The notes beneath the pieces were generated by a model that did no database searches, had not been told where the DNA came from, and worked only from the letters and a program-made list of their open reading frames with translations. Shown here piece after piece: positions 9,022-15,602 of a stretch of DNA of 48,263 bases (position 1 is the first letter of the stretch; each line of letters begins with the position of its first letter). This stretch comes from an uncultured Rickettsiales bacterium. Its GTDB lineage: Bacteria > Pseudomonadota > Alphaproteobacteria > Rickettsiales > SXRF01. The translations under genes were made by a program, and so were the position numbers. Location: positions 8,879 through 57,141 of the forward strand of contig CAZFJN010000004.1 of the NCBI GenBank assembly GCA_964519595.1. Reading direction: 5' to 3'.

Positions 9022-9023
9022 AT

Positions 9024-9836
9024 ATGAATTCAGAAGATTTTCAATTTCTGAGCAAACTTCTTAAACAACGCTCCGGCCTTGTTGTTGGCGAAGATAAGCT
9101 TTATTTAATTGAAAGTCGTCTGCTTCCTATTGCCAGAAGCCAGAATTTTAATGATATAGCGCAGCTTTGCCAGCATTTGCGCGTTAGACCTTCTGAGGCA
9201 TTGATTGTGGAAATAATCGAGGCGATGACCACTAATGAATCATCGTTTTTCCGCGATATAAAACCTTATGAACAGCTGCGGAAAATAGTTTTTCCAATGA
9301 TTACGCAAGCGCAATCTTCCAAGCAAATGCGAATCTGGAGCGCTGCTTGCTCAACCGGACAAGAGGCTTATTCAACCGCAATCTGTATTCATGAAGAAAT
9401 GGCAAAAATGCCCGGCTGGAATTTTGAAATAATCGGAACTGATCTGGCGCGCAAAGTTGTCGATAAGGCGGTTTTAGGAATTTATTCGCAGTTTGAAGCG
9501 CAGCGCGGTCTGCCGATTCAGATGCTGGTTAAATATTTTAATTCTCGTCCTGATACCACATGGCAAGTAAAGGATAATATCAAAGCACTAACCAGTTTCA
9601 GAACACAGAATCTGCTCGATGATTATTCATCCCTTGGCAAATTTGATATAATATTTCTGCGTAATGTTCTTATTTATTTTGATGACGCTACAAAAGCGCA
9701 GATAACTGAGAAAATGCTGCGTAGCCTTCATCCGCATGGCGTTCTTATAATTGGCTCGACTGAAAGCCTCATTGATCCTAATAACCGCTTCAAACAGCTT
9801 GATGATTTCCGCGGCGCTTACGTGATTAGGAACTGA
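9024..9836 (+). CDS. cheR: chemotaxis protein methyltransferase CheR
   Basis: The ORF is open from 8955. The ATG at 9024, 2 nt after the cheB stop, gives the typical CheR N-terminus (MNSEDFQFLSKLLKQRSGL). SAM-binding blocks are present (IWSAACSTGQEAYS, IFLRNVLIYFD). Confidence 0.93.
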   Translation: MNSEDFQFLSKLLKQRSGLVVGEDKLYLIESRLLPIARSQNFNDIAQLCQHLRVRPSEALIVEIIEAMTTNESSFFRDIKPYEQLRKIVFPMITQAQSSKQMRIWSAACSTGQEAYSTAICIHEEMAKMPGWNFEIIGTDLARKVVDKAVLGIYSQFEAQRGLPIQMLVKYFNSRPDTTWQVKDNIKALTSFRTQNLLDDYSSLGKFDIIFLRNVLIYFDDATKAQITEKMLRSLHPHGVLIIGSTESLIDPNNRFKQLDDFRGAYVIRN

Positions 9837-9848
9837 GCGAGAAAATCG

Positions 9849-9907
9849 CTTAAGAGGTTGCTGGTTAAGGGGGTGCTGGTTAACCAGCAAGTTGCAACCT
9901 CTTAACC
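9849..9907. terminator. long imperfect hairpin between convergent cheR and ctrA (candidate bidirectional terminator / repeat element)
   Basis: ttaagaggttgc (9850-9861) pairs with gcaacctcttaa (9894-9905). The central 16-bp perfect palindrome is tgctggttaaccagca (9874-9889). There is no clear U-tract. Confidence 0.45.
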
Positions 9908-9943
9908 ATCATCCTACGCCAAGGCTTCGGATGACAAGGCAAC
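9906..9943 (+). repeat. 38-bp repeat, copy 1 (ccatcatcctacgccaaggcttcggatgacaaggcaac), followed by an aaccaaaaaccagc STR
   Basis: Identical to 11128-11165. Contains the hairpin tcatcc-N14-ggatga. Lies 37 nt beyond the ctrA stop. Confidence 0.85.
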
Positions 9944-9979
9944 CAAAAACCAGCAACCAAAAACCAGCAACCTCTATTT

Positions 9980-10699
9980 CTAAGCCATTTCGCTTTGTGC
10001 TTCTGCGCTGCTGGTAGAAGAAGGATCAGGATCTTTAAGCGCGTAACCACGTCCCCAGACGGTTTCTATGTAACTATCTCCTCCTGCTGCTGTGGAGAGT
10101 TTTTTCCTCAGCTTGCAGACAAACACGTCGATAATTTTTAATTCCGGTTCGTCAATTCCGCCGTAAAGATGGTTTAAGAACATTTCTTTAGTAAGAGTTG
10201 TGCCTTTACGCAGGCTGAGAAGCTCCAGAATAGCATATTCCTTGCTGGTAAGATGCAGCGGTTTTCCGGCTACTTCTACTGAGCGCGTATCAAGATTAAC
10301 TGCTAATTTTCCGGTTCTGATAATTGATTCAGAATGTCCTTTCGAGCGGCGGACTATCGCTTGAATACGAGCAATAAGCTCGCCTTTGTTAAATGGCTTG
10401 GTAAGATAATCATCAGCACCATAGCCGAGGCCTTTAATTTTCTGATCAGGGCCGGAAAGGCCGGACAGAATCAGAATTGGCGTGGTGACACGCGCGGCGC
10501 GGAAACGGCGCAGCACTTCATAACCGTCAATATCCGGAAGCATCAGATCAAGAATGATGATGTCATAATCATACAGCTTTCCGATTTCAAGACCCTCCTC
10601 ACCAAGTTGAGTTGTGTCGCAGATAATACCTTCTGACGCCAACGACAATTCAATTGCTTTGGCAGTTGATGTATCGTCCTCTACAAGCAGTACACGCAT
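9980..10699 (-). CDS. ctrA: cell-cycle/motility master response regulator CtrA (OmpR family)
   Basis: 239 aa. MRVLLVEDD ... [17 protein letters not shown] ... [13 protein letters not shown] ... IETVWGRGY is the characteristic CtrA sequence. Confidence 0.95.
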   Translation of the reverse strand: MRVLLVEDDTSTAKAIELSLASEGIICDTTQLGEEGLEIGKLYDYDIIILDLMLPDIDGYEVLRRFRAARVTTPILILSGLSGPDQKIKGLGYGADDYLTKPFNKGELIARIQAIVRRSKGHSESIIRTGKLAVNLDTRSVEVAGKPLHLTSKEYAILELLSLRKGTTLTKEMFLNHLYGGIDEPELKIIDVFVCKLRKKLSTAAGGDSYIETVWGRGYALKDPDPSSTSSAEAQSEMA

Positions 10700-10787
10700 G
10701 ACGCTCTCCTCTTTGGTTGGTAATTATAGTAATTCTTGAACTCAGATTCTGATAAGCATTTTCCGCATTAACTAAATTCCGTATTAA

Positions 10788-10862
10788 TTAACCATTTTTT
10801 CTAAAAACCATGATTTTAAGCTTTAAACAACAATCAACATGGTTAATACATTAAATGGTTAA
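10788..10862 (-). promoter_or_regulatory. candidate CtrA half-site cluster (TTAACCAT octamers) in the ctrA upstream region
   Basis: TTAACCAT at 10788-10795 (plus strand), and ATGGTTAA at 10839-10846 and 10855-10862 (TTAACCAT on the ctrA strand). These lie 90-165 nt upstream of the ctrA ATG. Confidence 0.35.
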
Positions 10863-11127
10863 TATATAGTTGACCACAAAAATATCATTTCGGCAAGGCT
10901 TATTTATACATAATTAATCAGCCGGATTAATAATAATGTAACCACATAAATACTATATATGACAGTTAAAATGCTATATATAATCTATATATCGTGTATA
11001 AACTATGTTTAAGACAGTAATATTAATAAGTCAAACACAATTCTTCAAGGACAATTTTTGCATAATTTCTGCCTAGTTTCCGTATAATTTCCGCATAACC
11101 AGCAACTGGAAACATCTTAACCAACCA

Positions 11128-11165
11128 CCATCATCCTACGCCAAGGCTTCGGATGACAAGGCAAC
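11128..11165 (+). repeat. 38-bp repeat, copy 2 (same orientation), followed by a ccagcaac-type STR
   Basis: Exact 38/38 match to 9906-9943. Both copies are preceded by cttaacc. Lies about 430 bp upstream of the ctrA start. Confidence 0.85.
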
Positions 11166-11300
11166 TAACAACCGACAACTTCTTAACCAGCAACCAGCAA
11201 CCAACAACTAGCAACCTCTTAACCAGCAACTAGCAACCAGCAACCAGCAACCAACAATCTTTTAATCAACAATCTTTTAATCAACAACCTTTTAATTATC
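11160..11300. repeat. degenerate STR tract (ccagcaac / ctagcaac units, then a 15-bp unit atcttttaatcaaca x2.5) upstream of fliI
   Basis: Read directly. It fills almost all of the last 150 nt before the fliI ATG. Confidence 0.8.
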
Positions 11301-11309
11301 AGGCATTTT

Positions 11310-12653
11310 ATGATTCTGGAGGAGATAAATAAGTTACAGGATGTCAGCGTTTCTGGAACTGTAACGGCAATATCAGGTTCAATGATTGAATGTTCTGGAA
11401 TTGAGCGTTTGCTCAGTATTGGCGCGCGTTGCCGTGTGGTTGGCGTGCCTAATTTAAGTGGTAAGCCGGTTGCATTTTTGTCGGAGGTTGTTGGATTTCG
11501 TGGTAATTGCGCGTTGCTGATGCCGTATGAATCTGTGGAAGGAATTGGCCCTGGCGCAAGCGTGATAATTGAAGAAAACGCCTCTGTATGTTACCCTTGC
11601 GAAGGCTGGCTAGGGCGCGTTATTAACGCTCTTGGCGAGCCTGTTGATGGCAAGGGCGCTTTGCCGCGTGGTTCATTGGCATTTCCGCTGCGTAGCTCTC
11701 CTCCTGCTGCTACTGAGCGCAAAAGAGTGCGCGGAAAATTAAATCTCGGCATACGTGCTATTGACACTTTCCTTACCTGCTGCCTTGGTCAAAGAATGGG
11801 AATTTTTGCCGGCTCAGGAGTTGGAAAATCAATAATGATGTCAATGCTGGCGCGTAATTCAAAAGCCGATATAAACATAATTGGCTTAATTGGCGAACGC
11901 TCACGCGAATTGCAGGAATTTATCGAAGACGATCTCGGCGAAGAAGGGCTTAAACGCTCAATAATAGTGGTTGCCACTTCCAGCGAATCAGCTCTGATGC
12001 GAAGGCAGGCTGCTTATATGACCATGGCGGTTGCCGAGTATTTTCGAACTCAGGGCAGTAATGTTTTGTGCATGATGGATTCAGTAACGCGCTTTGCCAT
12101 GGCGCAACGTGAAATTGGCTTATCAGCAGGTGAACCGCCAACCAGTAAAGCTTATCCTCCGACGGTTTTTTCCGAGCTGCCAAAATTGCTCGAACGCGCT
12201 GGCCAGGGCAGAGCAGGCGAGGGGTCAATTACCGGATTATTCACTGTTTTAGTTGAAGGAGATGACACGAACGAGCCGATTTCTGATACTGTTCGCGGAA
12301 TTCTCGATGGCCATATCATAATGGATCGCTCCATCGCGCAGCGTGGTCGTTTTCCGGCGGTGAATATTTTAAAAAGCGTGTCGCGGACCATGCCGGATTG
12401 TAACAGCGAGCAGGAAAACGCGCTAATAGGAGTGGCAAGGCGGCTGCTTGCTACTTATGAAGATATGGCGGAAATGATTCGCCTTGGCGCTTACCGCAAG
12501 GGCAGTGATCCGGAAGTTGATCAGGCTATTCAATATTACCAGCCACTTGAAGATTTCCTGCGTCAACGCAAAGATGAAAGATCAACGATTGAAGAATCTT
12601 ACAACAAGCTGGCTGAGGTTCTTGGTCTTGCTAACTGGCGGCAGATGAAATAG
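11310..12653 (+). CDS. fliI: flagellum-specific ATP synthase FliI
   Basis: 447 aa with Walker A GSGVGKS, Walker B LCMMDSVTRFA, and a T3SS ATPase C-terminus (ITGLFTVLVEGDD). Confidence 0.95.
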   Translation: MILEEINKLQDVSVSGTVTAISGSMIECSGIERLLSIGARCRVVGVPNLSGKPVAFLSEVVGFRGNCALLMPYESVEGIGPGASVIIEENASVCYPCEGWLGRVINALGEPVDGKGALPRGSLAFPLRSSPPAATERKRVRGKLNLGIRAIDTFLTCCLGQRMGIFAGSGVGKSIMMSMLARNSKADINIIGLIGERSRELQEFIEDDLGEEGLKRSIIVVATSSESALMRRQAAYMTMAVAEYFRTQGSNVLCMMDSVTRFAMAQREIGLSAGEPPTSKAYPPTVFSELPKLLERAGQGRAGEGSITGLFTVLVEGDDTNEPISDTVRGILDGHIIMDRSIAQRGRFPAVNILKSVSRTMPDCNSEQENALIGVARRLLATYEDMAEMIRLGAYRKGSDPEVDQAIQYYQPLEDFLRQRKDERSTIEESYNKLAEVLGLANWRQMK

Positions 12654-12666
12654 CGTCTTTAAAATT

Positions 12667-13086
12667 ATGAAAGGAATCACAACTCTGATCAGGCTTTCCA
12701 AGCGTACTCTTGATGAGTTGCGGAAAAAACAAGTCGCGCTTGAACAGGAAAAAGAATCACTGCTGCAAGCATCTAAGAAACTTGCTGATGAATTGCACAA
12801 AGAAATGAATCTGGCGGCAAAAACTCCGGAAATGGGCGGTTTTTACGGCAAATTTTCCAAGCGTATTCAGAAGCGTCAGAGTGATGTTAAAGCAGAAATC
12901 ACGCGCATTGAGGGAGAGATTGCCGCAGTAGCTGAGCAAATCATGCAGGCTTTTTCTGAAATCAAGCGTTATGAAATAGTCCGCGATAATGCAGTAAAAA
13001 CTGCGAAATACGAAGCATTGCGTAAAGAAACAGCTGATTTAGACGAAATTTCAACTACCCGTTTCTTGCGTAATCAACAGGAATGA
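12667..13086 (+). CDS. fliJ: flagellar export chaperone FliJ
   Basis: 139-aa coiled-coil protein immediately downstream of fliI. The N-terminus (TLIRLSKRTLDELRKKQ) resembles alphaproteobacterial FliJ. Confidence 0.8.
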   Translation: MKGITTLIRLSKRTLDELRKKQVALEQEKESLLQASKKLADELHKEMNLAAKTPEMGGFYGKFSKRIQKRQSDVKAEITRIEGEIAAVAEQIMQAFSEIKRYEIVRDNAVKTAKYEALRKETADLDEISTTRFLRNQQE

Positions 13087-13110
13087 GAGAGCAATATTTC
13101 TGCTTCTCTA

Positions 13111-13130
13111 TTGCGATATATTGATCGCAA
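13111..13130. promoter_or_regulatory. palindrome TTGCGAT-N6-ATCGCAA downstream of fliJ (terminator hairpin or operator)
   Basis: ttgcgat (13111-13117) and atcgcaa (13124-13130). An alternative pairing exists with atcaatatcgc at 13137-13147. Confidence 0.4.
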
Positions 13131-13161
13131 AATGTTATCAATATCGCGCTTCAATTTCTGC

Positions 13162-13632
13162 TCAGTTCAATTTGAACAAAGCTTCAATATTTTCAATAAA
13201 ATTCTTGCGATATTTTTTCTTTTTCAGCTTTTTTGGTTTGCTTAAAACCTTGTCAAGATGCGCTTTGAATATACGTCTTTCAACTGATGAAATTGCTGAA
13301 TGAACGGCTTTGCATTGGATGATTATTTCTTCCAGTTTGCGGCCTGCTTTCAGCATTGATTGAATGCCTTCAATCTGTCCGCAAATGCGTTTCATGCGCT
13401 TAATTTCGTCGCTGAAATCAATTGCCATTTCTGCATTCTTCTTTTTCTTCTTTTTCTTTTCTTTGTTTTTTATTTTATCGCCCTTTATTTTATCGTCTTT
13501 TATTTCTTCGTCTTTTATTTTCTCGACTGTTATTTTTTTCTGCGATTTTTTAGAATTATTATCAGCTATTTCTGGTGATTTTTTTATATTTCTTTCAATT
13601 GCCGACTCAATTGCGTAAACGACATCTTTCAT
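13162..13632 (-). CDS. CsoR/RcnR/FrmR-family (DUF156) repressor-like protein with polybasic N- and C-terminal extensions
   Basis: The core IKRMKRICGQIEGIQSMLKAGRKLEEIIIQCKAVHSAISSVERRIFKAHL aligns with the CsoR-family helix pattern (RIxGQ ... AV ... HL). It is flanked by Lys-rich low-complexity tails. A good SD (AAGAGGA) precedes the ATG. Confidence 0.65.
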   Translation of the reverse strand: MKDVVYAIESAIERNIKKSPEIADNNSKKSQKKITVEKIKDEEIKDDKIKGDKIKNKEKKKKKKKNAEMAIDFSDEIKRMKRICGQIEGIQSMLKAGRKLEEIIIQCKAVHSAISSVERRIFKAHLDKVLSKPKKLKKKKYRKNFIENIEALFKLN

Positions 13633-13774
13633 AAATTCCTCTTAATCTTATTAATATAGCTGTTGCTCGTTAGCGGCAGTAAGTGTACAACATAATATGA
13701 AGTAATGTGCAACTTCCAAAGTTCCGTTTTTTTACGTTTTTGTGTATTTTCGCCTTATGAATTATAATTACGCT

Positions 13775-14263
13775 ATGAAAATTGTTTCCTTGCGCGCTTT
13801 GTTGCTTGCGCTTTTATTTGCCGCTTCCTGCTCGCCGATGGTTGATAGTCGCGGATATGTGAAGCAGGGCGAGTTGAAAGACGTGATTATTGTCGGGAAA
13901 ACTAGCCGGCAGGAGGTTATTGACACATTTGGCTCGCCTTCAACAACTTCCAGCTTCGGCAGCGAGATATGGTATTATATCAGCAATCGCAAGGAAACCA
14001 AGGCATTCCTGAAAGCAAAAATTACTGATCAGAATATTACCAGAATAGAATTTGATGATAGCGGCATGGTAAGCAAAGTTGAAACATATAATTATGATCA
14101 GATGAACGACATAAAATCTGTTGCGCGTGAAACGCCAACTGAAGGTCATTCGCTCGGATTTCTGGAACAAACTCTCGGCAATATCGGACGCTTCAACAAG
14201 CCTGGAGCAAGCTCAGATACCGCAGCTCCAGGGCGTAAACCAAGCAGCGGCAGTGGTTATTGA
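13775..14263 (+). CDS. bamE: outer-membrane protein assembly factor BamE (SmpA/OmlA lipoprotein)
   Basis: Lipoprotein signal MKIVSLRALLLALLFAASC starting at the ATG at 13775 (the ORF is open from 13742). SmpA/OmlA core SRGYVKQGELKDVIIVGKTSRQEVIDTFGSPS ... IWYYI. Confidence 0.85.
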   Translation: MKIVSLRALLLALLFAASCSPMVDSRGYVKQGELKDVIIVGKTSRQEVIDTFGSPSTTSSFGSEIWYYISNRKETKAFLKAKITDQNITRIEFDDSGMVSKVETYNYDQMNDIKSVARETPTEGHSLGFLEQTLGNIGRFNKPGASSDTAAPGRKPSSGSGY

Positions 14264-14272
14264 ATACTTATA

Positions 14273-14303
14273 CCATTTTGCGATCAATATGATCGCAAAA
14301 TGG
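14273..14303. promoter_or_regulatory. perfect 13-bp inverted repeat ccattttgcgatc-aatat-gatcgcaaaatgg (same TTGCGAT/ATCGCAA core) downstream of bamE
   Basis: Read directly. Lies 10 nt after the bamE stop. No U-tract follows. Confidence 0.5.
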
Positions 14304-14344
14304 AAGCGCGAATGAGCGCCGCGCCTTACTTGTCTCGCCGAAGC

Positions 14345-14366
14345 CCGCCTTCGCTGGCGAAGGCGG
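14345..14366. repeat. GC-rich REP-like hairpin ccgccttcg-ctgg-cgaaggcgg
   Basis: 9-bp perfect stem in the convergent bamE/glpX intergenic region. It is GC-rich, unlike its surroundings. Confidence 0.6.
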
Positions 14367-14416
14367 ATGGCGCGTAATGCAATTATCAGTATGATGATTG
14401 CAAAATAGTATTATTT

Positions 14417-14444
14417 AGCATATTCTATTTAACCAGAATATGCT
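14417..14444. terminator. AT-rich hairpin agcatattct-N8-agaatatgct just beyond the glpX stop
   Basis: 10-bp perfect stem 7 nt from the glpX stop. This is a weak terminator candidate. Confidence 0.35.
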
Positions 14445-14450
14445 CTGTAG

Positions 14451-15434
14451 TTACCACCAGGTTTTGCGCTCAAAATTATGCTCTGCTTCTATCATTCTCA
14501 CAGTTCCGGTTTTAGAGCGCATTATTATCGAATGAGTATATGCTCGTCCGGGAAAGCGCCTGACGCCTTTGAGCATTGAACCGTCAGTAACTCCAGTTGC
14601 GGCAAACATCACATCGCCGCTGGCCAGCTCTGAGAGGCTGTATATTTTATTCAGATCGTCAATTCCCATTCGTTTAGCGCGTTCCATTTCCGATTGCTCG
14701 GAAAATATAAGCCGACCTTGCATTTGTCCGCCAATTGAACGTAAAGCTGCTGCTGCTAAAACGCCTTCCGGAGCGCCGCCTGTTCCGATATAAATATCTA
14801 TTCCTGTTCCGCTTCTGGAAGTAGCAATCACTCCGGCAACATCACCATCCGCGATAAGCTGAATACGCGCTCCGGCTTCACGCACTTTCGCAATCAGCTC
14901 AGCATGACGATCACGTTCAAGTATAACTGCTACCAGATCAGAAACCTCGCATTTTTTTGCCTTGGCAAGATTTTTGAGATTCTGCGCCGGAGAATTATCA
15001 AGCTCAATAACTCCTTCCGGCAAACCGCCTCCGACGGCGATTTTCTGCATATAAACATCCGGCGCATGAAGAAAGCCGCCTTTTTCAGCAATGGCAATTA
15101 CCGCTAAAGCATTCACGCCGCCTTTAGCGCAGATTGTCGTTCCTTCCAGAGGATCAAGAGCGATATCAACAGCTGGTCCGCTTCCCGGCGCGCTGCCGAC
15201 TTTTTCGCCTATATATAACATTGGCGCTTTATCGCGCTCGCCTTCGCCTATTACCACTGTTCCATCAATCGCCAGACTGTTTAAGGCTTCACGCATGGCT
15301 TTTACCGCCGCCGCATCAGCATCTTTCTCGCGCCCTTTTCCCATCCAGTCGAAACTGGCCAAGGCCGCTGATTCAGTTACACGAACTGCATCAAGAGCAA
15401 AATTTTTATCTGACCAGAATCCTGCTGATTTCAT
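14451..15434 (-). CDS. glpX: class II fructose-1,6-bisphosphatase GlpX
   Basis: GlpX blocks are present (VTESAALASFDWMGKG, VVIGEGERDKAPML, DPLEGT). The ORF is open to 15578 through a Lys/Glu-rich repeat. The ATG at 15434 gives a typical 327-aa protein. Upstream starts at 15554 and 15503 cannot be excluded. Confidence 0.9.
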   Translation of the reverse strand: MKSAGFWSDKNFALDAVRVTESAALASFDWMGKGREKDADAAAVKAMREALNSLAIDGTVVIGEGERDKAPMLYIGEKVGSAPGSGPAVDIALDPLEGTTICAKGGVNALAVIAIAEKGGFLHAPDVYMQKIAVGGGLPEGVIELDNSPAQNLKNLAKAKKCEVSDLVAVILERDRHAELIAKVREAGARIQLIADGDVAGVIATSRSGTGIDIYIGTGGAPEGVLAAAALRSIGGQMQGRLIFSEQSEMERAKRMGIDDLNKIYSLSELASGDVMFAATGVTDGSMLKGVRRFPGRAYTHSIIMRSKTGTVRMIEAEHNFERKTWW

Positions 15435-15602
15435 ATCTTTCTGTTCTTTATTTTCTTTTTGCTCTGTAGATTCTTTTAGCTCTTTTTTTTCTTGCGCTTT
15501 CATATGCTGATTATCCTGAATGGTTATATGCTTTTCATTGTTGTCTTTATTCATATATTGCGTGTATAACTTGATCAATAGATTTTATGAAAGATTCTGA
15601 TT

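Noticed and set aside
11262-11295. Three TTAA motifs upstream of fliI as CtrA boxes
   Set aside because: Their start-to-start spacing is 15 bp (TTAA-N11-TTAA), because they are part of a 15-bp tandem repeat. This is not the TTAA-N7-TTAA geometry.
11160-11300. Possible CRISPR arrays at this and other repeat tracts (24-84, 22817-22898, 23963-24097)
   Set aside because: The repeat periods are 8-22 bp with no unique spacers of CRISPR length. The units are contiguous, no cas genes are present, and some tracts are in frame inside genes.
13360-13618. Plus-strand poly-Phe ORFs opposite the CsoR-like gene
   Set aside because: These are antisense readings of the poly-Lys (AAG/AAA) tract. They have no start context and an implausible composition.
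14569-15510. Plus-strand ORFs opposite glpX (14569-14793, 14904-15107, 15091-15510, 15134-15469)
   Set aside because: They are antisense to a clearly identified GlpX and have low-complexity Ser/Pro/Ala/Leu composition.
15435-15578. N-terminal 48-aa Lys/Glu-rich extension of GlpX starting at the TTG at 15578
   Set aside because: It would leave only 24 nt for the divergent glpX/phaC promoters, and it begins with a TTG. The ATG at 15434 gives a canonical-length GlpX. I have kept it as an alternative in the feature note.
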